Shown here piece by piece: positions 17,297 to 31,681 of a stretch of 64,000 bases of DNA. The translations under genes and the position numbers were made by a program. Every line of letters begins with the position of its first letter. Positions within the stretch are counted from its first letter, which is position 1. Source of the DNA: Candidatus Iainarchaeum sp. (GTDB lineage: Archaea > Iainarchaeota > Iainarchaeia > Iainarchaeales > GCA-2688035); the NCBI GenBank assembly GCA_017610205.1, contig JAFCCL010000007.1, positions 32,001 through 96,000 of the forward strand, read 5' to 3'. The notes beneath the pieces are model-generated. The model was not told the origin of the DNA. It did no database searches and saw nothing but the letters and a program-made list of their open reading frames with translations.

Positions 17297-19120
17297 ATGG
17301 TGGCAAAATCAAAAATTGGAAAGGTTTACATTAATGGGAGACTTATTGGATTCCACGAGCATGTTGAAAAGCTTACTAATGAATTGATTAAAGCCAGAAG
17401 GGCAAACAAGATAAATCACCAGATAAACATTGCCTTTCACGAGGACACAAACGAATTGTACATTAACACAGATGCAGGAAGAGTGCAAAGACCTGTTATT
17501 GTTGTTGAAAATGGAAAGTCAACAATTAGTGAAGAACAATTGAAACAGGTTGTAGAAGGAAAAATGCATTGGGAAGATCTTGTAAAAGAAGGATTAATTG
17601 AATACCTTGACTCAGAAGAAGAAGAAAATGCACTTATTGCCATTGACGAAAAGGCGCTTACAAAAGAGCATACTCATTTGGAGATAAATCCAATTGCAAT
17701 TTTGAGTGTTATTAGCTCAATGATTCCGTATATTCAACATGATATGGCAGGAAAGGCATTGCATGGGGCAAAGATGTTCAAGCAAAGCCTTGGAATTGGA
17801 GGCATAAATTACAATCTTAGGTCTGATACTGAAAGCTATCTTTTGCATTACCCGCAAAAAAGCATGGTAAAAAGCAAAACTATGGGATTACTTGATCTTG
17901 ACAAAAGACCACAAACACAAAACCTTGTTGTTGCAATTGTCCCTTACAGAATTTTTAACACACTTGATGCTTATGTAATAAACCAAGCTGCTCTTGACAG
18001 AGGCATGGGAAGAAGCTGTTATTTTAGGAATTATGATGTCATTGAACAAAGATATCCAGGCGGTCAAGCAGACCGGTTTGAGCTTCCTGACGACGAAACA
18101 GTTGGATATTTGGGTGAAAACGTTTACAAAAAAATAGGCGACGACGGCATTGTAAACATTGAAACATATGTTGCAGAAAAAGATATTGTTGTTGGACGAA
18201 CAAGCCCTCCGCGTTTTTTGGAGGAAGTCAGTGAATTTGGAGTTGTTAAGGAAAAGAGACGAGACAGCAGTGTTGCTACAAGAAAGGGAAAACCAGGATT
18301 TGTTGACAAAGTAATGCTTACTGAAAGCAGTGACGGAAACAAGCTTGTAAAGATAAAAATAAGAACAACGATGATTCCGGAAGTTGGTGACAAGTTCAGC
18401 AGCAGACACGGACAAAAAGGAGTTGTTGGAGCAATTATTCCAGAAGCAGATATGCCTTTTACAATTGACGGAATAAAACCCGACCTAATACTAAATCCAC
18501 ATAGTATTCCAAGCAGAATGACCATGGGACATTTGCTTGAGATGCTTGGCGGCAAGGTAAGCAGTTTGAAAGGAGAAGATATTGACGGAACTCCATTCAA
18601 CAGCATGACAAAAGATGATTTGGAAAACATGCTTGAAGGAACAGGATTTAGAAAGGATGGAAAGGAAACATTTTATGACGGTATTACAGGTAAAAGAATT
18701 ACAGGACAGATTTTTTCAGGAATTATTGCTTACAGAAGACTTTTCCATATGGTTGCACACAAAATGCAGGCAAGAGCAAGAGGGCCGGTGCAAATTCTTA
18801 CAAGACAGCCAACAGAAGGAAAAGAAAAAGATGGCGGCCTAAGATTTGGTGAAATGGAAGGAGAAACACTTGTAGGACACGGAGCAGCAATGCTTTTACA
18901 GGAAAAATTTATTGAAAACAGCGATCGCATTGTAGAACTTGTATGTGAAAAATGCGGAGTTATAGGAGTGCATGACCAGATAAGAAACAGGCGTTATTGC
19001 CCTTTGTGCGACAGCAGCAGGGTTTATCCTGTTGAAATGAGTTATGGCTTCAAATTAATGCTTGATGAATTAAAGGCACTGGGAATATACCCAAAAATTG
19101 TAATTGGAGACAAGGCGTGA
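17297..19120 (+). CDS. rpoB1: RNA polymerase subunit B' (Rpo2C)
   Basis: GDKFSSRHGQKG, LNPHSIPSRMT, GGLRFGEME, C-terminal Zn finger. Confidence 0.96.
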   Translation: MVAKSKIGKVYINGRLIGFHEHVEKLTNELIKARRANKINHQINIAFHEDTNELYINTDAGRVQRPVIVVENGKSTISEEQLKQVVEGKMHWEDLVKEGLIEYLDSEEEENALIAIDEKALTKEHTHLEINPIAILSVISSMIPYIQHDMAGKALHGAKMFKQSLGIGGINYNLRSDTESYLLHYPQKSMVKSKTMGLLDLDKRPQTQNLVVAIVPYRIFNTLDAYVINQAALDRGMGRSCYFRNYDVIEQRYPGGQADRFELPDDETVGYLGENVYKKIGDDGIVNIETYVAEKDIVVGRTSPPRFLEEVSEFGVVKEKRRDSSVATRKGKPGFVDKVMLTESSDGNKLVKIKIRTTMIPEVGDKFSSRHGQKGVVGAIIPEADMPFTIDGIKPDLILNPHSIPSRMTMGHLLEMLGGKVSSLKGEDIDGTPFNSMTKDDLENMLEGTGFRKDGKETFYDGITGKRITGQIFSGIIAYRRLFHMVAHKMQARARGPVQILTRQPTEGKEKDGGLRFGEMEGETLVGHGAAMLLQEKFIENSDRIVELVCEKCGVIGVHDQIRNRRYCPLCDSSRVYPVEMSYGFKLMLDELKALGIYPKIVIGDKA

Positions 19121-19124
19121 TAAC

Positions 19125-19204
19125 ATGAAAGCGAATGAAATGAGCATGTGCCATAGCGAACAAAGTGAGCGTATGGCACCCGCATTCAAGGGGCGTGACC
19201 TTGC

Positions 19205-19211
<7 letters not shown>
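19125..19211 (+). repeat. Two tandem-GA triloop hairpins inside a 28-codon mini-ORF between rpoB' and rpoA'
   Basis: GCGAATGAAATGAGC (19131-19145) and GTGCCATA-GCGAACAAAGTGAGC-G-TATGGCAC (19148-19179); ORF MKANEMSMCHSEQSERMAPAFKGRDLAC ends in TGATG. Confidence 0.65.
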
Positions 19212-23079
<3,868 letters not shown>

Positions 23080-23081
23080 AA

Positions 23082-23384
23082 ATGGTTGAGGCAGGAAAGG
23101 AATTAAGAAGAGCTGTTGACACAGGAAATGTTCTCTTTGGAAAAAGAGGAGTTGAAAAAAGCGTTTTAAAAGGCAAATGCAAACTTGTTATTATAAGCAG
23201 TAATGCTGAAAAGTATGCTAAAGAAAGGGTAGAACAGTTGTGTAAAACAGCAGGAACTCCTTTTTTTGAATTTGAAGCAACAGGAATTGACATTGGAAGC
23301 TACTGCGGAAAACCATTTGTTGTTTCCTTTGCAGGAATAGAAAATGCAGGCAAAAGCAAGGTTCTTGGGCTTATAAAAAAGTAA
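23082..23384 (+). CDS. rpl30e: 50S ribosomal protein L30e
   Basis: AVDTGNVLFG, CGKPF; conserved position after rpoA''. Confidence 0.95.
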   Translation: MVEAGKELRRAVDTGNVLFGKRGVEKSVLKGKCKLVIISSNAEKYAKERVEQLCKTAGTPFFEFEATGIDIGSYCGKPFVVSFAGIENAGKSKVLGLIKK

Positions 23385-23404
23385 GTAGTGTAACAGTGTT
23401 CAGA

Positions 23405-23818
23405 ATGCGATTGACAAGTGATGAAATTTTTTATTTGAATGAGCTTAACAGCGCAAGCGGTGCAAATGCACGCGATTGTGTTATAGGCGGAAATGTAATT
23501 ACATTTCTTGTAAAAAAAAAGGAATTGGGAAAGGCAATCGGAAAAGATGCGGTTGCAGTAAAAAAACTGAGGCTAAAACTCAAGCTTAATGTTGAATTAT
23601 TGGAATATACAGAGGAAGGAAAGGAGTTTATCAAAAAGGCATTGTATGATATTAAGATAAAAGAAATTAAATTTGTTGAAAAAAATGGTAAAAAAATTGC
23701 AAATGTTATGCTTGAATCAGGCGAAAGACGTAAAATATTGAGTCAAACAGGCAGACTGAAAAGAATTAAAGCTTTAGCACGAAGGAATTATAAAGTTGAG
23801 GATATAAAAATTCATTAA
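23405..23818 (+). CDS. nusA: Archaeal NusA (KH domains)
   Basis: ARDCV, GKAIGK; conserved position. Confidence 0.9.
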   Translation: MRLTSDEIFYLNELNSASGANARDCVIGGNVITFLVKKKELGKAIGKDAVAVKKLRLKLKLNVELLEYTEEGKEFIKKALYDIKIKEIKFVEKNGKKIANVMLESGERRKILSQTGRLKRIKALARRNYKVEDIKIH

Positions 23819-23833
23819 GTTAAGTGATTTATT

Positions 23834-24262
23834 ATGGCAAAAGGAGAATTTGCAGCAAGAAAGTTGGAGTCCGACAGGCAGAAGTGGAACTGGAAGAACC
23901 CACGCTATAAGCGAAAAAAGCTTGGAATGGATAAAAAGCACAACCTGCTTGAAGGAAGCCCGCAGGGCAGAGGAATTGTTATTGAAAAAAGAGGGGTAAC
24001 AGCAAAACAGCCTAATTCAGGTATTAGAAAATGTGTAAGGGTACAGCTTATAAAAAACGGAAAACAGCTTACAGCTTTAGCACCAAAAGATGGTGCAATA
24101 AAATTTATTGACGAACACGACGAAGTAATAGTTGAAGGAATTGGCGGAGCACAAGGAGGACCAAAGGGAGACCTTTGGGGAGTAAAGTACAGGGTAACAC
24201 ACGTTAACAATCAGGCTCTTGAAATGCTCAGGTCAGGAAAAAAGGAAAAGGTTAAAAGATAA
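23834..24262 (+). CDS. rps12: 30S ribosomal protein S12
   Basis: [21 protein letters not shown]. Confidence 0.97.
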   Translation: MAKGEFAARKLESDRQKWNWKNPRYKRKKLGMDKKHNLLEGSPQGRGIVIEKRGVTAKQPNSGIRKCVRVQLIKNGKQLTALAPKDGAIKFIDEHDEVIVEGIGGAQGGPKGDLWGVKYRVTHVNNQALEMLRSGKKEKVKR

Positions 24263-24280
24263 ATTTAAGGTGCTTTTTTT

Positions 24281-24883
24281 ATGGCAAAAGTTTTTGACAA
24301 GTGGGATTCTGAAGGCGTTAAAATAACTGATTTGAGTATTGCACGCTATATAGTGCTTGATTCAAAAACAGTGCCGCACACATTTGGCAAACAAACTCAA
24401 AAAATGTTTGCAAAAGGAAAAATGAGCATTGTTGAAAGGCTTATTAACAAAATTATGAGAAGCGGACAGGGAAAAAGAAAGCTTTCAGGAAAATATATAA
24501 GAAACAGGCAGGGCTGCGGAAAAAAATTACAAGCAATGCGAATTGTTGAAGAGGCTTTTGAAATAGTTGAACAGAAAACAAAACAGAATCCACTGCAGGT
24601 TCTTGTAAAAGCTCTTGAAAATGCAGCTCCAAGAGAAGATACTACAAAAATTAAAAGAGGCGGAATTGCTTACGCAGTAGCAGTTGACGTTGCTCCAATT
24701 ACAAGACTTGACGAAGCATTGAAAAACATTGCTTTGGCAGGATTTGTTGGTTCATTCAATAAGAAAAAAACTGCCGGAGAAGCTTTGGCAGAAGAACTTA
24801 TTCTTGCTTCACAGGAAGACCAAAAAAGCCTTAGTGTAAAAAGACGGGATGAAGTTGAAAGAATTGCAAAGAGCAGCAGATAA
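24281..24883 (+). CDS. rps7: 30S ribosomal protein S7
   Basis: IVERLINK, NPLQVLVKALENAAPRE, ERIAKSSR. Confidence 0.97.
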   Translation: MAKVFDKWDSEGVKITDLSIARYIVLDSKTVPHTFGKQTQKMFAKGKMSIVERLINKIMRSGQGKRKLSGKYIRNRQGCGKKLQAMRIVEEAFEIVEQKTKQNPLQVLVKALENAAPREDTTKIKRGGIAYAVAVDVAPITRLDEALKNIALAGFVGSFNKKKTAGEALAEELILASQEDQKSLSVKRRDEVERIAKSSR

Positions 24884-24903
24884 TTTTTAAAAGTTGTTTT
24901 TTT

Positions 24904-27096
24904 ATGGGAAGAAAAGAGGACATGGTAAAACTTGCAGAATCCCTAATGAATGACAGGGAACATATCAGAAATATTGGTGTTGTCGCACACATTGACCACG
25001 GCAAGACTACGATGACAGATTCGCTGATTGCCGCCGCAGGTCTGATGAGCGAAGAACTTGCAGGCAAGCAAAGGATGATGGACTACTACGAACTTGAGCA
25101 AGCAAGAGGAATTACGATTAATGCTGCAAACATTAGTCTTGTGCACGAGTTTGAGGGAAAAAAGCACCTGATTAACATTATTGACACGCCAGGGCACATT
25201 GACTTCGGAGGAGAAGTGATTAGAGCAATGAGGGCTGTTGACGGAGTAATTGTTGTTGTTGATTCTGTTGAAGGAGTAATGCCACAAACTGAAACAGTTA
25301 TAAGGCAGGCTTTGAAGGAAAGGGTAAAGCCAACTTTGTTCATTAACAAGGTTGACAGGCTTGTAAACGAATTGCAGCTTACTGCTGAACAAATGCAGGA
25401 AAGGTTTGTAAAAACAATTGCACAGGTAAACAACCTGATTAAAAAAAATGCTTCAAAGGAATATGTTGAAGAATGGCAGGTTAGGGTAAATAACGGCTCG
25501 GTTTCATTTGGTTCAGCTTACAACAATTGGGCAATAAGCAGCCATTCAATGAAGGAAACAGGAATCAGCTTCAAGGACGTGTTTGATTACTGCAAAAGCG
25601 AGGACCAAAAGACTTTGGCAAAAAAGAGCCCGTTGCATGAAATTCTTTTAAGAATGGTTATAGAGCATCTTCCAAACCCAATTGAGGCACAAAAGTACAG
25701 GGCAGCAGTTATTTGGGCAGGTGACAAAGAATCAGAAGTTGGAAAGGCAATGATTTCCTGTGACAAAGACGGGCCTATTTCAATGATGGTTACAGATGTT
25801 ACAGTTGACCCGCATGCAGGAGATATTGCAACAGGAAGGATTTATTCAGGAACGTTAAAAGCAGGCACAAAAGTCAGGGCAATTGGAATGCAAAAGGAGG
25901 TTGCCATACAACAGGTTGTTCTTTTTATGGGACAGGAAAGAATAAAGGTTGACGAGGTTCCCGCAGGAAACATTGCAGGCATTACAGGATTAAAAGAGGT
26001 TTTTGCAGGAGAAACAATTGGAAGTGAGGAAATAAAGCCGTTTGAAAGCTTTAAGAGTTCAGCAGAACCAGTTATGACAATAAGCGTTGAACCAAAGCAA
26101 ACAAAGGATTTGCCAAAGCTAATAGAAGTAATAAGGCAGATTTCAAAAGAGGATCCAAACATTGTTTCAAGCTTAAACCAGGAAACAGGAGAACATTTGC
26201 TTTCAGGAATGGGAGAACTGCATTTGGAAGTAACACAATACAGAATTGAATCAGACCACAAAATTCCAATTGAAGTAAGCCCGCCAATTGTTGTTTACAG
26301 GGAAACTATTTTGAAGGAAAGCCCTACTTTGGAGGGAAAAAGCCCTAACAGGCACAACAAATTCAAAATGAAAGCAACTCCAATTCCAAAGGAACAGCTT
26401 GAAAAACTTATTGAGTCAAAAATTTTGGGAAAAATAAAACCAAAGGACAAGGAAATGATTGCAAAGTTTGAAGAAATGGGATTTGGGAGGGACACAAGCA
26501 GGAGAATTTGGGCAGTTCACAATAATTGCATTCTTGCAGATATGACAAGAGGAATTGTTGCATTGCACGAAATCAGAGAACTTGTTATACAGGCATTTAA
26601 TGACGCAATGGACCAGGGTCCTTTGGCAAAAGAAAAATGCTTTGGAGTAATGATAGAACTTGAAGATGCAACCCTGCACGAGGATGCAATCCACAGAGGG
26701 CCTGCACAGGTCTTGCCAGCAGTTACAAGAACATGCTATGCCGGCATGCTAAGCGCAGACGCTGTTTTGTTTGAACCAAAACAGACTTTGTTTATTTCAT
26801 GCCCACAGGATTACATGGGGTCTGTTTCAAAGGAATTGGGTCAGAGAAGAACTCAGATTACTGAAATGAAACAGGAAGGAGACGCAAGCATTTTCATAGC
26901 AAAGGCTCCTGTAAAAGAACTTATTGGCTTCTCAGCAGCCATCAGAGGCGCTACACAGGGAAGAGCAATCTGGACAGCAGAATACGCAGGATATGAACAG
27001 CTCCCACGTGAGATGCAGAAAACTGTTATAGAAGAAGTAAGGAAAAGAAAGGGCATGGACCTAACAGTTAAAAGCGCGCAATTCTTTTTGGAATAA
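24904..27096 (+). CDS. fusA: Elongation factor aEF-2
   Basis: AHIDHGKTT, RGITI, DTPGH, NKVD, diphthamide loop HEDAIHRGPAQ. Confidence 0.98.
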   Translation: MGRKEDMVKLAESLMNDREHIRNIGVVAHIDHGKTTMTDSLIAAAGLMSEELAGKQRMMDYYELEQARGITINAANISLVHEFEGKKHLINIIDTPGHIDFGGEVIRAMRAVDGVIVVVDSVEGVMPQTETVIRQALKERVKPTLFINKVDRLVNELQLTAEQMQERFVKTIAQVNNLIKKNASKEYVEEWQVRVNNGSVSFGSAYNNWAISSHSMKETGISFKDVFDYCKSEDQKTLAKKSPLHEILLRMVIEHLPNPIEAQKYRAAVIWAGDKESEVGKAMISCDKDGPISMMVTDVTVDPHAGDIATGRIYSGTLKAGTKVRAIGMQKEVAIQQVVLFMGQERIKVDEVPAGNIAGITGLKEVFAGETIGSEEIKPFESFKSSAEPVMTISVEPKQTKDLPKLIEVIRQISKEDPNIVSSLNQETGEHLLSGMGELHLEVTQYRIESDHKIPIEVSPPIVVYRETILKESPTLEGKSPNRHNKFKMKATPIPKEQLEKLIESKILGKIKPKDKEMIAKFEEMGFGRDTSRRIWAVHNNCILADMTRGIVALHEIRELVIQAFNDAMDQGPLAKEKCFGVMIELEDATLHEDAIHRGPAQVLPAVTRTCYAGMLSADAVLFEPKQTLFISCPQDYMGSVSKELGQRRTQITEMKQEGDASIFIAKAPVKELIGFSAAIRGATQGRAIWTAEYAGYEQLPREMQKTVIEEVRKRKGMDLTVKSAQFFLE

Positions 27097-27129
27097 AGGA
27101 TTGTTTTTTAAAGACCTTTTTGAAGCAAG

Positions 27130-28242
27130 CTATTTTTCAACGCAATACATTTTTAGCGGAGTGCATTTTTCCAAATCCTTTGAGGCCTTTTTGCCAAGCA
27201 CTTCTTTAAAGTGTTTTGGAGTAAGGCCGTTGTTTGGCCGCCTGATGATAATGTTTTCTTTGGATAAGATTTCGCCTGCTTTAACGTCTTCCTTTACCCA
27301 GATTGAGGGCCTGAAAATTATATTTTTTGCTTCTTCTTCACCAGGACCATAAGAAGGAGTTCCAAGCATTGTTTTTGTAGTTGGATTTGTTTTGTCAATG
27401 GAAATGTTTTCCTTTTCTACCAGCCTTACCTTTTCAACTAAAGCGCTGAATTCTTGTGGTTCTAAAGAAAAAGCAGCGTCAGGTCCGCCTTCATCTCTTA
27501 AAATAATTAAGTGCTTTTCAATTACACAGGCACCAAGCTGTGTTGCGATGACTGCATCTTCTGTACCAGGAACATGGCTTGAAAGACCTGAGAGAACAGA
27601 GAAATTTTTCTCAAGTTCTGGAATTGTTGCAAGGTTCATTTCTTCTGGTTTGGCAGGGTAAGAGCTGATGCAGTGAAGAAGGATAATATTTGGACAGCCT
27701 GCTTGCTTAAGGGTTTGAATTGCAAGCGCTATCTCTTCCTTGCTGCAAAGACCGGTTGACATTATTACCGGTTTCTTTGTTTGCCCAATTTTTTTAAGCA
27801 AGGGAATGTGAACAACTTCAAAGGAAGAAACCTTGTACAAGGAAACATTCATTTTTTCAAGAAAGTCAACTGCTGTAGCGTCAAAAGGCGCAGAGAAAAG
27901 GAAAAGTCCTTTTTCTTCAGCGTATTCTTTGAGCTTTGGTTGCCATTCCCAGGGAGTGTGAGCTTCTTTGTAAAGGCTGTATAATGTTCTGCCTTTCCAG
28001 AGATTGTCTTCGGTTATTACAAAAAATTCGTTTTCACAATTTAAGGTAATTGTGTCAGCAGTGTAGGTTTGAAGCTTTACTGCGTCTGCTCCTGCTGCAG
28101 CTGCAGCGTCAATTATTTCAAGCGCCTTGTCATAGCTTTGGTGATGATTTGCAGACATTTCTGCAATTATGAAAGCAGACTGGTTTTGGCCAATTTTTCG
28201 CTTTAGCTTGCCTTGCCTTAATTCAAATTCTTGCACTGGCAT
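27130..28242 (-). CDS. pseI: Pseudaminic acid synthase-like (NeuB family with SAF domain)
   Basis: IIAEMSANH, VKLQTYTADT, AHTPWEWQ, LLHCISSYP, GGPDAAFSLEP. Confidence 0.85.
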   Translation of the reverse strand: MPVQEFELRQGKLKRKIGQNQSAFIIAEMSANHHQSYDKALEIIDAAAAAGADAVKLQTYTADTITLNCENEFFVITEDNLWKGRTLYSLYKEAHTPWEWQPKLKEYAEEKGLFLFSAPFDATAVDFLEKMNVSLYKVSSFEVVHIPLLKKIGQTKKPVIMSTGLCSKEEIALAIQTLKQAGCPNIILLHCISSYPAKPEEMNLATIPELEKNFSVLSGLSSHVPGTEDAVIATQLGACVIEKHLIILRDEGGPDAAFSLEPQEFSALVEKVRLVEKENISIDKTNPTTKTMLGTPSYGPGEEEAKNIIFRPSIWVKEDVKAGEILSKENIIIRRPNNGLTPKHFKEVLGKKASKDLEKCTPLKMYCVEK

Positions 28243-28334
28243 AGAAAGAAAATGGCGTGAAATGTTATTTAAATGAATTCTTGCAGGGCTTGTACCCAAA
28301 AATGTTTAAATAGCTTGAAGGCAAGGATATTATT

Positions 28335-28784
28335 ATGAGTAGAGCCAGTTTGTATGGGAGAAGACCAAATCCTGGGAGGAAAACTAGAACTGGGCAGGAC
28401 AGGGTTGAACTCGCACAAAAACTTGCAGGACCCGGAGGAAGAGTTTCAAAGGGTTTGGCTAAAAGTCTTGATGAAAGCCTTGGAAGAAGGCGGGTTAGGA
28501 AATTGCTTAAGGCAAACTTTTCTTTTCCGGCAATTGAACGCTGGTTGAATGTTTATGGCAGCAATAGAACTACTTTAAAGCATTTGATGGATGTGGTTAG
28601 TCCAAAGTTTCCAATGACGTTTTACAATATTTTGGGATGGGAAAGGTTCAAAATGGTTGTAAAGCATGTTGGAGGCCTTTCAAAGGAGAAATTAAAAATA
28701 ATTTTAAATGAGGCAAAAGCTGGAAAAAGCGGGAAAGAACTTGTTGAAATGATTAAAAGCAATTTTAAAGGAAAAAGGTTTTGA
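28335..28784 (+). CDS. Hypothetical basic protein
   Basis: Own TATA (TTTAAATA) shortly upstream; Arg-rich N-terminus; no family recognised. Confidence 0.65.
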   Translation: MSRASLYGRRPNPGRKTRTGQDRVELAQKLAGPGGRVSKGLAKSLDESLGRRRVRKLLKANFSFPAIERWLNVYGSNRTTLKHLMDVVSPKFPMTFYNILGWERFKMVVKHVGGLSKEKLKIILNEAKAGKSGKELVEMIKSNFKGKRF

Positions 28785-28958
28785 TGGAATAAAAATGCCT
28801 TGTGGTAAGAACCATCAGAAAAAAATCTAAAACCCAAAATTCAGCCTTTAATAAAGTGTTTTTAAAGCTTTTGGAATAAGAGATTGTAATTGAGAGTTAG
28901 TGGTTTCCAATTTCTCCATAAAAGAATTGGTGGCGAATTCAGTTTGGAGGTATAGAAA

Positions 28959-30236
28959 ATGGCTGATAAACCACACGTTAACCTTGTCTTTATTGGACAC
29001 GTTGACCATGGAAAAAGTACACTGGTTGGAAGACTTTTGTATGACTCAGGCGCATTGCCTGAACAAGAATATAGAAAACTTGAGGCTGAGGCAAAATCTG
29101 TTGGAAAGGGAACCTTTGCATTTGCTTTTGCAATGGACAACCTTAAAGAAGAAAGGGAGCGAGGGGTAACAATTGACGTTTCCTACAAGAAATTTGAAGG
29201 AAAAAAGAACAATTTTACCATAATTGATGCACCAGGCCACAAGGACTTTATTAAAAATATGATTACCGGAACAAGTCAGGCTGACGCCGCTGTTTTGGTT
29301 ATTGCTGCAAAAGAAGGCGTAATGGCACAGACAAAAGAACACGCTTTCCTTGCACAGGTAATGGGCTTAAAGCAGCTTATTATTGCAGTAAACAAAATGG
29401 ACGAAGTCAACTATGATGAGGCAAAATTCAAAGAAGTTCATGAACAAGCAGAAAAGCTTCTAAAAGGTGTTGGATATAAAGGAGAGCAAATGAAATTTAT
29501 CCCGGTTTCTGCATGGGTTGGAGACAACGTTGCAAAGAAATCTGACAAAATGACATGGTATAAGGGACCAGCACTAATAGATGCTTTGGATGAAATTATT
29601 CCGCCAAAACCACCGACAAATAAGCCTCTAAGACTACCTGTTCAAGATGTATACAACATCAAGGGCGTAGGAATTGTGCCAGTCGGAAGGGTTGAAACAG
29701 GAATTGTAAAGCCAGGTGATAAAATAATTGTTGAGCCAAGCGGAGCAACAGGTGAAATAAAAACACTTGAAATGCACCATGAGCAATTGAAACAGGCAAT
29801 TCCAGGCGACAACATTGGCTTTAATGTAAGAGGACTTGAAAAGGGAGACATTGCAAGAGGCGATGTAATCGGACCAGTAAGTGACCCACCAACTGTAGCA
29901 AAAGAATTCGAAGCACAGATTGTGGTTTTGTCACACCCTACAGCAATACCTGTTGGATACACTCCAGTATTCCACCTTCACACAGCCCAGCTTTCATGTA
30001 AAATAACAGAAATTTTGAAAAAGCTGGACCCTAAAACAGGCCAAACAAAGGAAGAAAATCCAAAATTCCTGAAAACAGGAGACGCAGCAATTGTAAAGAT
30101 TGTGCCAACCAAGCCGGTTGTAGTGGAAGAATATAAGAAATTCCCACAGCTTGGCAGATTTGCAATCAGGGACATGGGCCAGACTGTTGCGGCAGGAATG
30201 GTCACAAAGGTTGTGCCAAGGGAGAAAAAGAAGTAA
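28959..30236 (+). CDS. tuf: Elongation factor aEF-1alpha
   Basis: [41 protein letters not shown]. Confidence 0.98.
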   Translation: MADKPHVNLVFIGHVDHGKSTLVGRLLYDSGALPEQEYRKLEAEAKSVGKGTFAFAFAMDNLKEERERGVTIDVSYKKFEGKKNNFTIIDAPGHKDFIKNMITGTSQADAAVLVIAAKEGVMAQTKEHAFLAQVMGLKQLIIAVNKMDEVNYDEAKFKEVHEQAEKLLKGVGYKGEQMKFIPVSAWVGDNVAKKSDKMTWYKGPALIDALDEIIPPKPPTNKPLRLPVQDVYNIKGVGIVPVGRVETGIVKPGDKIIVEPSGATGEIKTLEMHHEQLKQAIPGDNIGFNVRGLEKGDIARGDVIGPVSDPPTVAKEFEAQIVVLSHPTAIPVGYTPVFHLHTAQLSCKITEILKKLDPKTGQTKEENPKFLKTGDAAIVKIVPTKPVVVEEYKKFPQLGRFAIRDMGQTVAAGMVTKVVPREKKK

Positions 30237-30265
30237 TTTTGGAATACATAAAAAGTAAATAAAAC

Positions 30266-30298
30266 AGGGAAACAGTGCTTTTACTGTTTTCCTTTTTT
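30266..30298 (+). terminator. Hairpin plus T-tract between tuf and rps10
   Basis: AGGGAAACAGT-GCTTTT-ACTGTTTTCCT-TTTTT. Confidence 0.6.
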
Positions 30299-30327
30299 CC
30301 ATTTTTTTTAAGCAAAGGTGAACATGG

Positions 30328-30636
30328 ATGCAAAAAGCAAGAATTAAACTGACATCTCCTGAATTTGGGCAGATAACAGAAATCTCTCAAAGAATGGTTG
30401 AAATTGCAGAAAGAACAGGTGTTAAGCATTCAGGAATTATCCCCTTGCCAACCAAAAAACTAATTGTGCCAACAAGGAAATCTCCCTGCGGCGGCGGAAC
30501 AGAAAGCTATGAAAGATGGCAATTAAGAATTCATAAAAGACTAATTGACGTTGAAGCAGACGAGCGAACCCTTAGAAGAATTATGAGGGTTGAAATCCCA
30601 GAATCAGTTCACGTTGAAATAGAATTAAAAGAATAG
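30328..30636 (+). CDS. rps10: 30S ribosomal protein S10
   Basis: PLPTKKL, RKSPCGGG, RIHKRLID. Confidence 0.97.
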   Translation: MQKARIKLTSPEFGQITEISQRMVEIAERTGVKHSGIIPLPTKKLIVPTRKSPCGGGTESYERWQLRIHKRLIDVEADERTLRRIMRVEIPESVHVEIELKE

Positions 30637-30695
30637 GACTTTAAGACGAAACTGTTTTAAATAACACAACCCTATTTCTTTTGAGGGATTCAAAA

Positions 30696-31217
30696 ATGCA
30701 GTATTATATCGGCTCAGACCACGCAGGATTTAACCTTAAGGAAATTATTAAGGAAAAGCTTAAGGGCAAGTACAAGTTTGAGGATATGGGAACCTTTTCT
30801 GCTACAAGAATCGATTATGCAATAGTTGGCTTTGAGGTTGCAAAAAAGGTTGCATCTGAAAAAAATGCAATTGGAGTATTAATTTGCGGGACAGGAATTG
30901 GAATGAGCATGGTTGCAAACAAGGTTCCAGGAATAAGGGCAGCACTGATTTATGACGGATTTACAGCAAAAATGGCAAGGCAACACAATAATGCAAACAT
31001 TGCATGCATTGGAGCAAGAAAGATTTCACCGCAGGCAACAATTTCAATTATTGACACCTTTTTGTCAGCAGGCTTTGACGGAAATAAGAAAGGCGGAGAA
31101 AGGCATAAGAAAAGGGTAGAGCAGATAGTGGCAATTGAAAAAGAGCATTTTAAGGAAGATGCAATTAAAAAAGGATTTTCTCTGGAAAACCTGTTTGGCA
31201 GCAAAAAAAAGGTTTAA
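30696..31217 (+). CDS. rpiB: Ribose-5-phosphate isomerase B
   Basis: GSDHAG, CGTGIGMS..ANKVPGIRAA, HNNAN. Confidence 0.94.
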   Translation: MQYYIGSDHAGFNLKEIIKEKLKGKYKFEDMGTFSATRIDYAIVGFEVAKKVASEKNAIGVLICGTGIGMSMVANKVPGIRAALIYDGFTAKMARQHNNANIACIGARKISPQATISIIDTFLSAGFDGNKKGGERHKKRVEQIVAIEKEHFKEDAIKKGFSLENLFGSKKKV

Positions 31218-31246
31218 ATAAAACTCTTTTCCTATTAGATTATTTT

Positions 31247-31681
31247 ATGGGCAAACAGATTTATCCAGAACCAACTGTGGGGGCACTTATATTGAATGAA
31301 AAGAAAGAAGTACTGCTTTGCAAAAGCCCTAAATTTAACGGAAAATTCATTGTGCCAGGTGGGCATGTGGAGGTAGGAGAAACGCTTGAGCAGGCGATGA
31401 AGCGAGAAATAAAGGAAGAAACAGGGCTTGAAATAGAGCCTGTGAAATTTATTGCTTTTTACAATGCGATTTATCCAAAGGATTTTTTTGAAAAACGGCA
31501 CTTCATTTTCTTTGATTTCCTTTGCAGGGCAAAAGAAGGTGCAAGGGAATGCCTGGACAATGAGGAGTTAATTAAGGCTGTTTGGATTAAACCAAAAAAG
31601 GCATTGAAAGAATTGAATCTTGAACTTTACACTCAAAAAACTATTGAAACCTACCTTGAAGGTGAAAAAGGCAATGTTTGA
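31247..31681 (+). CDS. NUDIX hydrolase
   Basis: GGHVEVGETLEQAMKREIKEETGL Nudix box. Confidence 0.93.
   Translation: MGKQIYPEPTVGALILNEKKEVLLCKSPKFNGKFIVPGGHVEVGETLEQAMKREIKEETGLEIEPVKFIAFYNAIYPKDFFEKRHFIFFDFLCRAKEGARECLDNEELIKAVWIKPKKALKELNLELYTQKTIETYLEGEKGNV

Noticed and set aside
15825-19120. Split rpoB as a novelty or frameshift
   Set aside because: The B''/B' split is established in several archaeal lineages, and both genes have normal termini
19131-19179. GA hairpins as canonical K-turns or C/D box sRNAs
   Set aside because: The GA pairs are symmetric with no 3-nt bulge and no paired C/D boxes; L7Ae binding is not excluded but has no support here
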